Part shown: one piece after another, positions 36,403-49,250 of the stretch
Layout: each line of letters begins with the position of its first letter
How positions within the stretch are numbered: position 1 is the stretch's first letter
Assembly: GCA_030390025.1 (NCBI GenBank)
Contig: CM059432.1
Location: 149,298,001 to 149,362,000 of the forward strand
Source of the DNA: Squalus acanthias
Taxonomy: Eukaryota
Length of the DNA stretch: 64,000 nt
Reading direction: 5' to 3'
The notes under the pieces: model-generated
Seen by the model: only the letters and a program-made list of their open reading frames with translations
The model's database searches: none
Told to the model about the DNA's origin: nothing
Program-made: the position numbers and the translations under genes

Positions 36403-36689
36403 TGAAGTTTAATACTGACACTAATAGATTTACAAAATAGGCACACCCACACACAAATAAATGGCCCAAATTGCAAACAGTTTCACAGTCCGCAGGCTCA
36501 GTCTCAGAATGAAAACATCCAGTTTCTGTGTTTGGTGATTTGACCCATTCAGCGGTGACACTCACAAGAGTGGCGGGTCTGTTGCAATATCTCCCACAGG
36601 TAGGAGGCTGCTGAAACTAATATGCATGTGAATGGGTGGAACTTCAGCCCTGTCCTTTGCTCTGTGCACAGTTGCAGTGGGAACTTTCA

Positions 36690-37192
<503 letters not shown>

Positions 37193-37279
37193 CCCAGGAG
37201 GAAATCCCACCCTCCGGCGGCCGGGGCCCAGCTGTCAATCACCGGGCCCGGGCTGCTCCGGGCAGCCGCGAAGCGCACC

Positions 37280-37483
37280 GACCGCGGACCCCAGATCCCC
37301 GGGACTCTGCACCGACCCCGGATCCCCGGGACTCTGCACCGACCGCGGACCCCGGATCCCCGGGACTCTGCACCGACCCCGGATCCCCGGGACTCTGCAC
37401 CGACCCCGGATCCCCGGGACTCTGCACCGACCCCGGATCCCCGGGACTCTGCACCGACCCCGGATCCCCGGGACTCTGCACCG
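37280..37483. repeat. CpG-rich minisatellite, 27-bp unit (ccccggatccccgggactctgcaccga), about 7 copies
   Basis: Direct tandem copies; 9-aa periodicity (DPGSPGLCT). Confidence 0.92.
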
Positions 37484-38692
37484 GGCACCGGTCTGTCTGC
37501 ACAGCGGGCGCGCTGACTCTCGGCGGAACAGGCTGCTGGCAGAAGAAGCTGAGCCAAAGGATTTTGTCTCCCACATACAGAACGCTGGGTACGGTAACAG
37601 GAAAGTCTTTTTGCAACCCATTATTATTATTATTATTGACAGTGCAAAAACAAGCCTCAACTTGAGAATGTTCCTGCTGCAAAAATAATGCTTCGCCAGT
37701 GTCAACATCACCATGTCGCAAAAAAAATGAAAGGGCAAGGAAAAACAAACCGAGAATTTCTGTTACATTGTGATTTACAATCCTATGGAAGTCCTTTTTT
37801 TTGGGGGGGGAATTGCATTTATATAGCGCCTTTCACCACCCCAGGTGGTCCCAAAGCGCTTTACAGCCAATGAAGTACAAATAAGTTTTCAAATTAGTGA
37901 TACCACCATCTGCAGAAATGGCACTTTTTGCAGTTTATCTGTCACACATTATCTGGGGAAGATACTACAGTCCAGTTCACCTGGAATCAGAATTTTCCTT
38001 TTAGTTTTATACACACGCGAGGATAATACCGCACTGTGTTCTAACACTGGTATATTTTCTGGTAGACTGACATGTGGGACCATTGCGTATTGTTAAAAGG
38101 AGAAGGAAGGTGTAGGAGGAATACTTGGAGCACTGACTCTTGATACTGTTATTAGCTACTTCTACAAGTTTTAAGTTTCAATTGTAACACCAATCCTTGA
38201 TTTGGGTCTGTTTCTGCTGGACTGGCCACTGACACCAGTTTCATGCTGCAGCGCTGTTTGGTGCCATTCACCCAACCTGTAGTGGTTTCTCCGAGACAAG
38301 TGGCTGCAGAAGTTGGCCTGCTCTGAAGTTGCACACCCTGTCGCGTGCGATGGAGCTGTGCGGGCACACGTGGCCAGTGTTGGCAATGAACATCTGGAGC
38401 CGTGTAAGCAGGTACCATATCCAGAAAGAGTATCATTTTATTCCATAAGAAGAGGGAGTACTTTGAACGAGTACTTTGAACAAGTACTCTCCCCTGTACT
38501 GCCGTTCCCCTTTTAAGAAGCGATTTGAATTATGTAGCAGGAATGCAAGGTCAAAGCAGGCATGCAAATGTTGTTAGAAGCAATTGCTTAGATGTCAATA
38601 TCGTGCAACCAAGCTAGAGTTTAGGAGGGATGATTTGAAGGCACGGAATATCAGATTGGTTTTGAGATTTTTAAAGTAGAGGTGGAGGGGTC

Positions 38693-39064
38693 TCTGCACT
38701 GAGGGAGTGCTGCACTGTCGGAGGTACTGTCTTTTGCATGAGACATTAAACCGAGGTCCAGTCTGCCCACTCGGAGGGGGAGGGGGGGGTGAACGTAAAA
38801 GATCCCATGGCACTATTCGAAGAAGAGCAGCCGTGATCTCCCCGGTGTCCTGGACCAATATTTGTCCCTCAACCAACATCGCTAAAACAGATTATCTGGT
38901 TATTATCTCTTTGTTGTTTGTGGGAGCTTGCTGTGTGCAAATTGGCTGTCGCGTTTCCTACATTACAACAGTGACTATATTTCAAAAATGCTTCATTGGC
39001 TGTAAACTGCTTTGGGACGCCCTGACGTTGTGAAAGATGCTGTATAAATACAAGTGTTTCTTTC
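38693..39064 (+). mobile_element. DeuSINE copy lacking the head
   Basis: Homologous to 295-649; further fragments at about 4940-5070, 11150-11272, 15825-16070, 37810-37876, 45998-46222 and 53446-53612. Confidence 0.85.
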
Positions 39065-41070
39065 AGTAGGGAGTTCCAGAGAGACGGCTCAAGGCTCTGC
39101 CACCAATGGTGGGATGAGTGGAGCATGAGGGGCACACCTGCCAGAGTTGGGAGACCAAATAATGCAAGAGCGAGGAATGGGTCTGGAAGAGGTTGCAGGG
39201 TCGGAGCGAGGATGGGTTTGGAAGAGGTTGCAGGGTCGGAGCGAGGATGGGTTTGGAAGAGGTTGCAGGGGTCGGAGTGAGGATGGGTCTGGAAGAGGTT
39301 GCAGGGTCGGAGCGAGGATGGGTTTGGAAGAGGTTGCAGGGGTCGGAGCGAGGATGGGTTTGGAAGAGGTTGCAGGGGTCGGAGCGAGGATGGGTCTGGA
39401 AGAGGTTGCAGGGTCGGAGTGAGGATGGGTCTGGAAGAGGTTGCAGGGTCGGAGTGAGGATGGGTCTGGAAGAGGTTGCAGGGTCGGAGTGAGGATGGGT
39501 CTGGAAGTGGTTGCAGGGTCGGAGCGAGGAATGGGTCTGGAAGAGGTTGCAGGGTCGGAGTGAGGATGGGTCTGGAAGAGGTTGCAGGGGTCGGAGCGAG
39601 GAATGGGTCTGGAAGAGGTTGCAGGGTCGGAGTGAGGATGGGTCTGGAAGAGGTTGCAGGGTCGGAGTGAGGATGGGTCTGGAAGAGGTTGCAGGGTCGG
39701 AGTGAGGATGGGTCTGGAAGAGGTTGCAGGGGTCGGAGCGAGGAATGGGTCTGGAAGAGGTTGCAGGGTCGGAGTGAGGATGGGTCTGGAAGAGGTTGCA
39801 GGGTCGGAGTGAGGATGGGTCTGGAAGAGGTTGCAGGGTCGGAGCGAGGATGGGTCTGGAAGAGGTTGCAGGGTCGGAGCGAGGATGGGTTTGGAAGAGG
39901 TTGCAGGGTCGGAGTGAGGATGGGTCTGGAAGAGGTTGCAGGGTCGGAGTGAGGATGGGTCTGGAAGAGGTTGCAGGGGTAGGGTTAAGCAAGGCCATGG
40001 ACTTGAAAACAAGGGTTTTAAATTTGATACATTGGCGGGAGGGAGCAGAGGGCCAGTGTCGGTCAGAAAGGATGTGGTTGGTGGGACAGGATGTACGCTG
40101 TGTATTGAACAAGATGACGTTTATGGAGGGTGGACAAAGGAAAGCATTGGAGTAATTGAATTGGGAGGTGTCCGAAGCATGGATAAGGACTTGAGCCGTG
40201 GAAGGGCTATGGTAAAGGCGGAGATGGGCAGAGGTGCGGACTTGGCGGAAAGGATATGGACGTTTGAAGCTCAGTTAAAGGTCAGACAGGAGGGCAGGAT
40301 TGCCCACGGTTTTGTTGAACATGAGTGAGAGGCCGGGGAAGGGGGGGCAGAGTTAATGTAAAGGGAGTGGAGTTCGTAGTGAACATAGGAAAGTATGGCT
40401 TCAGTCTTCCTGATAAGTTGAAGGAAGCTGTAACTTGTCCGGAACCTGACATTCGACAGTCTCAGTATGGATGTGGTTGTGAGCTTGCGAAAAGTGGGTG
40501 ATATTACCATATATGTGGAAGCTGACCCCATGTTAGTGAATTATGTCACTGAGGGCCAGTCCATAGATGAGGAAAAGGAGTGAGCCAAGTATAGATTCTT
40601 GGAGGACTCCTGAGGTGACCGGGAGAGGAAGGAGATTCCATTTTTCAAAGTGCCCTGGCTGCATCCGGAAGAGTGGGAGTGAAACCACACGAGGGCAGTC
40701 CCACAGCGAGGAGCAACAGAGAGGAAGCAGTGGTAGAGGACAGCAATGGTCAGCTGTCGAGCCCTGCAGAGGAGGATGCCATTTATGACTTGGATCCAGG
40801 CCAGCCTCAGTGTTGTGCCGTGACCGGAATCTGGACTAGCAGGATTTGAACAGGGAGTTCCTGGCGAAATGGGCACGGGGCTGGGATGTGATGAAGTGCT
40901 CTCGGACTTCAAAGAGGAAGGAAATTTAGTTGTGAAATGATATTGGGAGAGGATGGGATGGGTCAAGGATCAGTCTTTTGACACAGAGAGCTGGCCTCTG
41001 TTGTGAAGTGGAGGGGGATGGTACCTGTGGAAAGGGAAGTGTTAACCATGTCAGCTAGCATAGGGGCCAA
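39065..41070 (-). mobile_element. Decayed L2 containing an expanded minisatellite
   Basis: Reverse-complement homology to 31662-32605 and 56600-57900 on both sides of the array. Confidence 0.7.
39167..39979. repeat. Minisatellite, about 35-bp unit (gggtctggaagaggttgcagggtcggagtgaggat), about 23 copies
   Basis: Direct tandem copies with few variant positions. Confidence 0.95.
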
Positions 41071-42139
41071 GAGTCAGCGCTAAAATATTTATTAACTATG
41101 AAAATACAAGTGCCATGTAAGTATTTCCCTTGCACTTTCCTTCCACTTTAATAATACGCAATGGTCCTGGATGCCTGTCTACTAAAAATGTCCAACTGGT
41201 GTTATTACAGTGTGATGTGTATCCTCGTGTGTATTAAACCAAAAAGACCAATTCTGATTCTCGGTGAACTGGACTGGAGCATCTTCCAGCACAGATAATG
41301 TGCAACAGGTAAATTGCAAAAATGTCACCTCTGCAGATGTGGCTTGAGCCTATGACCACCTTCTGTGAGTGGAGTCTTAAATTGCAAGCACAGAAATCAC
41401 AAATCAAAGAAGCTCCATCATAAGTGAGTCTGTTGCGCTTGTTTTGTATGAAAGCTGCAATTTTATTCGGGTTTCTTGAGCTACTAAAACAAGTGGCCTG
41501 CAGTGGACTTCCTCAAGTTGCTTGAGAGCACCGAGTGGGGCAGGTTTGGCCCAGGTGACCTCTCGTGACTTTCTACATTTGGCTCGTGTAGAGCAGTTTG
41601 CTGTCTATGTACATTAGACATTAGTCTATTAGAAATTTGCTGTTTTTAAAAAAAAAAACCTGCGACCGTGAAAAATTGAGGTTTCTTATTGATACAAATT
41701 GCCTGCCCTTACCCAGAGAGTGGTGGGAATGTGGAACTCGCTACCACAGGGAGTGGTTGAGGCGAATAGCAGAGATGCATTTAAGGGGAAGCTGGATATG
41801 TAGACGAGGGAGAAAGGAATAGCAGGATAAGGTGATCGGGTTAGATTAGTAATGTGGGCAGAGGTGTGGCCCTGAAACAGCATCGAGCTGTTGGACTGAA
41901 TGGCCTGTTCTGTAAAATTCTATATATTCAGTGCAGTAAGCTTCAACCCTTAACAACTTTCTGTGCATTATTTAACTTAATGTTTCTACCTCAATTTCAC
42001 ATTTTGTTTGGAACAGCATAGTAATCTGTTATAATTGCGCACTCTAATGAAGAGATTATTCCCTCATGTTGCATCTCTCGCCACCTGCTGCAAGCCCAAT
42101 CTGGCAGCTATGTCCTTCACGACTTGGCCAGCTCAGCAG

Positions 42140-42826
42140 TGGTGTGTGGGTGTGGGTGAGGTGTAATCACCCTGGTGTGTGTGTGGGTGTGGGTGAGGTG
42201 TAATCACCCTGGTGTGTGTGTGTGGGTGAGGTGTAATCACCCTGGTGTGGGTGTGGGTGGGTGAGGTGTAATCACCCTGGTGTGTGTGTGGGTGAGGTGA
42301 GGTGTAATCACCCTGGTGTGGGTGTGGGTGAGGTGTAATCACCCTGGTGTGTGTGTGGGTGAGGTGAGGTGTAATCACCCTGGTGTGTGTGTGGGTGAGG
42401 TGAGGTGTAATCACCCTGGTGTGGGTGTGGGTGAGGTGAGGTGTAATCACCCTGGTGTGGGTGAGGTGAGGTGTAATCACCCTGGTGTGGGTGAGGTGAG
42501 GTGTAATCACCCTGGTGTGTGGGTGAGGTGAGGTGTAATCACCCTGGTGTGTGTGTGGGTGAGGTGTAATCACCTGGTGTGTGGGTGAGGTGAGGTGTAA
42601 TCACCCTGGTGTGTGTGTGGGTGAGGTGAGGTGTAATCACCCTGGTGTGGGTGTGGGTGAGGTGAGGTGTAATCACCCTGGTGTGGGTGTGGGTGAGGTG
42701 AGGTGTAATCACCCTGGTGTGTGGGTGAGGTGAGGTGTAATCACCCTGGGGTGTGTGTGGGTGAGTTGTAATCACCCTGGGGGGTGTGTGGGTGAGGTGC
42801 AATCACCCTGGTGTGTGGGTGAGGTG
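42140..42826. repeat. Compound minisatellite: constant gaggtgtaatcaccctggt plus variable (gt/gg)n spacer
   Basis: About 20 tandem units. Confidence 0.92.
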
Positions 42827-44050
42827 CTACCGAGCCACTGTTGGTGATGCACGTTGAAGTCCCCTACCAGTACATTCTGTGCCCCTCCCTCAGTGCTTCT
42901 TCCAAGTGGTGTTCAACATGGAGGGGTACTGATTCATCAGTACTCGATCCCTAAGTCGATGGTCCATCCAGTTTGATTATTCTTCTACAATTTTGTAGCA
43001 GCTTGATACAACTGAGTGGCTTGCCAGGCCATTTCAGAGGACGAAGCTACCACACAGTGGAAGCAGAATGCTAAGAGAGCTAAGCGATCCTGCAACCGAC
43101 TGATCAGATCAAAGTTCTGCAATCCTGCCACATCCAGTCGTGAATGGTTTGTGGAGGATTAAACAGCTAATGGGGGGAGGGGGAGGCTCCCTGAACATCC
43201 CTGTCATAAACAATGGCGGAGCCCAGCAAGTGAGCGTGAAAGACAAGGCTGAAGCGTTCCCAACCATCTTCGGTCAGAAGTGTCGAGTGTGGATGATCCA
43301 TCTCGGCCTCCTCCTGAGGTCCCCACCATCACAGAAGCCATTCTTCAGCCAATTCGATTCACGCCACGTGATATCAAATAGCTGACCGCAATGGATACAG
43401 CAAAGGCTATGGGCTCCGACAACATCCCGGCTGTAGTGCTGAAGAACTAGCCGCGCCAAGCTGTTCCAGTACAGCTACAACACTGGCATCTATCCAACAA
43501 TGTGGAAGACTGCCCAGGTTTGTCCTTCCCACAAAGAGCAGGACAAATCCAGTCCGGCCAATTAACGCCCCATCAGTCCACTCTCAATCATAAGCAAAGT
43601 GATGGAAGGTGCTATCAAGCGGCATATTTCACCAATAACCTGCTCATCAATGCTCCGTTTGGATTCCGCCAGGACCACTCTGCTCCAGACCTCATTATAG
43701 CCTTGGTCCAAACATAGACACAAGAGCTGAGGTGAGGTGAGTGACTGCCCTTGTCATCAAGGCAGCATTTGACCGAGTGTGGCACTAAGGAGCCCTAGTA
43801 AAACTGAAGTCAATGGCGATCAGGGGAAAACTCTCCACTGGCTGGAGTCATACCTAGCACAAAGGAAGATGGTTCTGGTTGTTGGAGCCCAATCAACTCC
43901 GCCCCAGGACATCACTGCAGGAATTCCTCAAGGCAGTGTCCTCGGCCCAACCATCTTCAGCTGCTCCATCAATGACCTTCCCGCCATCATAAAGTCAGAA
44001 GTGGGGATGTTCTCTGATGATTGCAGTGTTCAGTTCCATTCGCAATTCCT
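42825..44050 (+). mobile_element. Decayed internal RT region, probably of the same Jockey/CR1-group LINE
   Basis: Frameshifted GFRQDHS, WLESYL, GIPQGSVLGP and FSDD fragments. Confidence 0.72.
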
Positions 44051-45556
44051 CAATATTGTCAATGAAAATAAGGAAATGGTGGACATGTTGAATAATTACT
44101 TTGTGTCAGTATTTACAGTAGAGGAAGAGGATAGCATGCCGGAAATCCCAAGGAAACTAATATTGAATCAGGGACAGAGCCTCAATAAAATTAACGTAAG
44201 CAAAATAACAGTAATGAAGAAAATAATGGCACTAAAGAGTGACAAATCCCCAGGACCAGATGGTTTCCATCCCAGGATTTTAAAGGAAGTAGGTGAGAAC
44301 GTTGCAGATGCCCTAACTATAATCTTCCAAAGTTCTCTCCATTCAGGAAACGTTCCTTTTAGATTGGAAAATTGCGCATGTCACTCCGCTATTTAAGAAT
44401 GGTGAGAGAGGGAAACCAGGGAATTATAGACCAGTTAGCCTAACGGCTGTTGTCGGAAAATTGCTAGAGTCTATAATTAAGGGTAGAGTGACTGAACACC
44501 TTGAACATTTTCAGATGATCAGAGAGAGCCAGTATGGATTTGTAAAGGGTAGGTCATGCCTGATGAACCTGATTGAATTTTTTGAAGAGGTGACTAAAGT
44601 AGTGGCCAGGGGAATGTCTATGGATGTTATTTATATGGACTTCTGAAGGCATTTGATAAGAGTCTGTTAACTAAAGTTGAAGTTCATGGAATTGAAGGCA
44701 AATTATTGACCTGGTTCGGAAATTGGCTGAGCGGCAGGAGACAGAGAGTAGGGATAATGGGCAGGTACTCAAATTGGCAGGATGTGACTAGTGGTGTTCC
44801 GCAAGGATCTGTATTGAGACCTCAACTATTGAACGTATTTTATTAACGACTTGGAGGATAGGATAGAAAGCCACATATCCAAATTTGCCGATGACAAGAT
44901 AGGCAGCATCGGAAGCAAAAAATTACAAAGAGATATTAATAGATTAAGTGAATGGGCAAAACTGTGGCAAATGGATTTCAATGTAGGCAAATGTGAGGTC
45001 ATCCACTTTGGACTTTAGAAAGAAAGAATAAATAGACTACTTTCTAAATGGTGAAAAGCTAGAAAAAGTGGAGGTCCAAAGATACTTCGGGGCCCATTTA
45101 CATCGATCATTAAAATGTCATGGACAGGTACAGAAAATAATCAAAAAGGCTAATGGAATGCTGGCCTTTATATCTAGAGGACTGGAAATCAAGGGGATAG
45201 AAGTTCTATAAAGAGCCCTGGTTAGACCACACCTGGAGTACTGAGAGCAGTTCTGGGCACCACACGTTCAGAAGGGTATATTGGAGTATGGCGTAGATTT
45301 ACCAGAATGATACCTGGACTCCAAGGGTTACACAATAGGGTTGTATTCCCTGGAATTTAGAAGTTTAGGGGGTGATTTGATCGAAGTTTTCAAGATATTA
45401 AGGGGAACTGTTCGGGGAGATAGAGAGAAATTATTTCCTCTGGTTGGGGAGTCTAGGACTAGGGGGAAAAGTCGAAAAATTAGAGCCAGACCTTTCAGGA
45501 GTGAAGTTAGGAAACACTTCTACACACAAAGGGTAGAAGTTTAGAACTCTCTTCCG
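44051..45556 (+). mobile_element. Decayed CR1 RT fragment
   Basis: KSPGPDGFHPRILKE, GRSCLMNLIEFFEEV and RKHFYTQRV fragments. Confidence 0.88.
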
Positions 45557-46267
45557 CACCCAAGTTGTTTGGAATCAGAGTTGGTCGATGTAGTGCCTGA
45601 CTGCTTCTTGACCCAGTGCGTCAAGGATCCATGAGAGGCAGTTCTCATCATGATCTGGTATTCGTAAATGACCCAGACCGAATGGAAGTCGTGGTACCCC
45701 TGGGAGGCAGCGACCACAGAATGACGAATTTTAACATGATCTGGGAGTCAGAAACACCCAAGACTAGGAGCGTAATTTTAAAAGGGTTAAATTCCTAGAA
45801 CGATATGAGGGTAGTAATTGAAGCAAAAAGATTGGGAAGTTCAACTTTTCAGTGGAAGGCACACGGAAAACACCTCGAACGGTCTAATTGTGAGCATGCA
45901 GGATAAATATATTCCCTAAACCAGCAAGCTCAGACTAAACAAATGTGACCCGAAATGGATCAGCAAACAACTTAGTGAGTTAAAATGCCGAGTACAAGGT
46001 GTCCTGGCCAATATTATCCCTCAATCAACATCACTAAAAAATCTGATTAACTGGTCATTATCTCGTTGCTGTTTGTGGGACCTTGCTGTGTGCACATTGG
46101 CTGACATGTTTCCTATGTTACAAAAGAGACTACACTTCAAAAGTATTTCATAGGATGTTGCAAAGCGCTTTACAACCAATGGTTGTAAAAGGCGCGATAT
46201 AAATGCAAGTTATTTTTCTTTTACAGGATTTGCAGGGAGAAAGGCGAAAGGGCATAGGGATGAATTA

Positions 46268-46970
46268 AAAAAAAAATTTATTTATGGGATGTCGCCATCG
46301 CTGGCAAAGCCAGCATTTATTGCCCATCCCTAGTTGCCCTTGAGAAGGTGGTGGTGAGCCGCCTTCTTGAACCGCTGCAGTCCGTGTGGTGAAGGCACTC
46401 CCACAGTGCTGTTAGGGAGGGATTTCCAGGATTTTGACCCAGCGACGATGAAGGAACAGCCGATATACTTCTAAGTCAGGATGGTGTGTGACTTGGAGGG
46501 GAACTTGGAGGTGGCGGTGTTCCCATGCGTCTGCTGCCCTTGTCCTTCTAGGTGGAAGAGGTCGTGGGTTTGGGAGGTGCTGCCGAAGAAGCCTTGGCGA
46601 GTTGCTGCAGTGCATCTTGTAGATGGTACACACTGCAGCCACGGTACGCCGGTGGTGGAGGGAGTGAATGTTTAAGGTGGTGGATGGGATGCCAATCAAG
46701 CGGGCTGCTTTGTCCTGGATGGTGTCGAGCTTCTTGAGTGTTGTTGGAGCTACACTCATCCAGGCAAGTGGAGAGTATTCTATATTGTGAAGACAGACAA
46801 ATTTTTGCAAGATAAGGGAGTGAAGGGTTATGGGGAGCGGGCTGGGAAGTGACTTTGAGCCTAAGATCAGCCATGATCTTATTGAATGGCGGAGCAGGCT
46901 CGAGGGGCAAGTGGCCTATTCCTGCTTCTATTTCACACTCCTTACTTGTGCCTTGTAGATGGTGGAAAGG
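46268..46970 (-). mobile_element. LINE 3' fragment (family of 10374-10973) interrupted by a plus-strand CR1 tail at about 46781-46934
   Basis: Host sequence stops at gagtattc and resumes at acactccttacttgtgcc. Confidence 0.8.
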
Positions 46971-47715
46971 CAGTGAAAGAATACAAGAAATTGCAGAAAC
47001 ATGTTAAAAAGGCGGATAAGTGAGGCAGAGAGAGACCTGAAAAACAACATAGCAGCTGAGACTAAGCATAACAGCAAAAATAAATTATTTCAGTACCACA
47101 ACGTAAAGATGCAGCTGGACTTGAAACTGAGAACGAGCGCAAAATAGTAAATATTCTGAGTGACTATTTCCTCCCAAGTATTCACAAGGGACGACACTGG
47201 TAACATACCCGCTCAAAACAAAAATATCCCAATTAAAATCAGTGACTGATTAAAAAATGAGGTGGAAATCCTCGACAGGCTATTGGGCTCAAAACAAATA
47301 AATCCCCAGGGATAGGTGGTGTTTATCTCCGAGTTCGCAAAGAGACACGGGAAGCGATTTGTGAAGCACTGACAATCATGATGACAGAGTCATTGGACAC
47401 TTGGGAGGTACCAGAAGATTGGAAACAAGCTAATGTTGTGCCCATATTCAACAAGGGTGGCAAAACAGGCACACACAACTAGACCCGTCAGTTGTAAAAT
47501 AATGGAATTTGTTATCGGGAATAAACTTACATATAATGTACAGCACAGAATCAGGCCAGTCAGCCCAACAGGTCTCTACCGGTGTTTTAAGTGCCACACG
47601 AACCTCCTCTCACCTTACGATAGCAAAATACTGCGGATGCTGGAAATCTGAAACAACAACAGAAAACGCTGAAAAAACTCAGCAGGCCAGGCAGCATCCG
47701 TGGAGAGAGAAAGAG

Positions 47716-47752
47716 AGTTAACGTTTCAGGTCGATGACCTTTCGTCAGAACT
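47716..47752 (-). ncRNA. Minimal type I hammerhead ribozyme motif (PLE family B)
   Basis: Reverse complement AGUU-CUGACGA-A-AGGUC(auc)GACCU-GAAA-CG-UU/AACU; perfect stems; palindromic ACGU stem III. Confidence 0.82.
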
Positions 47753-48020
47753 GTGAAGAGCCGGAAATCAAATAGATTTAAGGCCAGAGTAAAGCTGGGA
47801 AAAGGGGGAGGGGATAAAAGAACAAAGGGGGAGATGAAGAGACATTAAGAGATATGCAAGGCTAGAGGTGGTGTTAATGTGACAGATTAAGGCTGAATGA
47901 AGTGTGAAATCCACTGGCAGAATGAAGGACAGCTGCCAGCTTCTAGGAGGAAAAAAAAGGTGGGGGGGGGGCAAATAAAAGGGTGGAAAAAATAAAATAT
48001 AAATGTGATTGGAGCTGAGG

Positions 48021-49250
48021 TTATGATCTAAAATTGTTGAACTCGATATTGAGTCCAGAGGGCTGTAGCGTGCCTAAACGAAAGATGAGGTGCTGTTCCT
48101 CGAGCTTACGCTGCGCTTCCGTGGAACAGTGTAATAGGCCGAGGACGGTGAGGTCAGAGTGGGAGTGAAGCGGTGAATTAAAGTGACAGGCCACCGGGAG
48201 CTCGGGGTCCCCCTTACGGACTGAACGGAGGTGTTCCGCAAAGCGGTCACCCAATCTGCGTTTGGTCTCCCCAATGTAGAGGAGACCACATCGTGAGCAG
48301 CGAATACAGTATACTAAATTGCAGGAAGTACAAGTAAATCGCTGTTTCACCTGGAAGGGGTGTTTGGGGCCCTGGACAGTGGGAAGAGGGGAGGTGTAAG
48401 GGCATGTGTTGCATCTCCTGCGCGTGCACGGGAAGGTGCCGGGCGAAGGGGAAGGGGTGCTGGGGGTGGTAGAGGAGTGGACTAGGGTGTCGCGGAGGGA
48501 GCGGTCCCTGCGGAATGCTGAAAGGGGAGGTGAGGGGAAGATGTGTTTGGTGGTGGGATCACGCTGGAGGTGGCGGAAATGGCGGAGGATGATCCGTTGA
48601 ATGTGGAGGCTGGTGGGGTGAAAGGTGAGGACAAGGGGAACCCTATCGTGGTTCCGGGAGGGAGGGGCAGGGGTGAGGGCAGAAGTGCGGGAGATAGAAC
48701 GGACACGGTCGAGGGCCGTGTCGACCACGGTAGAGGGGAATCCTCGGTTGAGGAAAAAGGAAGACATGTCGGAAGCACTGGTATGGAAGGTGGCATCATC
48801 AGAGCAGATGCGGCGGAGACGGAGAAACTGGGAGAATGGAATAGAGTCCTTACAGGAGGCGGGGTGGGAGGAAGTGTAGTCCAGGTAGCTGTGGGAGTCA
48901 GTGGGCTTGTAGTGAATGTTAGTCAATAACCTATCCCCAGAGATGGAGATGGAGAAGTCGAGGAAGGGAAGGGAAGAGTCGGAGATGGACCATGTGAAGG
49001 TGAGGGAAGGGTGGAAATTGGAAGCATAGTGAATGAAATGTTCTAGTTCAGGGCGAGAGCAGGAGACGGCACCGATACAGTCATCAATGTACCGGAAAAA
49101 GAGGTGAGGGAGGGGACCCGAGTAGGACTGGAACAAAGAGTGTTCCACATATCCCACGAAAAGGCAGGCATAGCTAGGACCCATGCGGGTACCCATAGCA
49201 ACACCTTTAATTTGGAGGAAATGGGTGGACTCAAAGGAGAAGTTGTTCAA
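48021..49250 (-). CDS. PLE reverse transcriptase C-terminal half plus GIY-YIG endonuclease (5'-truncated)
   Basis: GVAMG, RYIDD, FLD, YKPT motifs; CTRRRCNTC linker; VYCIRCSRCGLLYIGET...RFAEH...GLN. Confidence 0.9.
   Translation of the reverse strand: MNNFSFESTHFLQIKGVAMGTRMGPSYACLFVGYVEHSLFQSYSGPLPHLFFRYIDDCIGAVSCSRPELEHFIHYASNFHPSLTFTWSISDSSLPFLDFSISISGDRLLTNIHYKPTDSHSYLDYTSSHPASCKDSIPFSQFLRLRRICSDDATFHTSASDMSSFFLNRGFPSTVVDTALDRVRSISRTSALTPAPPSRNHDRVPLVLTFHPTSLHIQRIILRHFRHLQRDPTTKHIFPSPPLSAFRRDRSLRDTLVHSSTTPSTPSPSPGTFPCTRRRCNTCPYTSPLPTVQGPKHPFQVKQRFTCTSCNLVYCIRCSRCGLLYIGETKRRLGDRFAEHLRSVRKGDPELPVACHFNSPLHSHSDLTVLGLLHCSTEAQRKLEEQHLIFRLGTLQPSGLNIEFNNFRS

Noticed and set aside
39063..40112. 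349-aa and 307-aa ORFs
   Set aside because: Stop-free translation of a 35-bp minisatellite
42078..42091. CTCF-like motif tcgccacctgctgc
   Set aside because: Imperfect short match that cannot be supported without ChIP or conservation data
42140..42826. Constant repeat with variable spacers, superficially CRISPR-like
   Set aside because: Spacers are only (gt/gg)n slippage variants, the context is vertebrate and no cas genes are present
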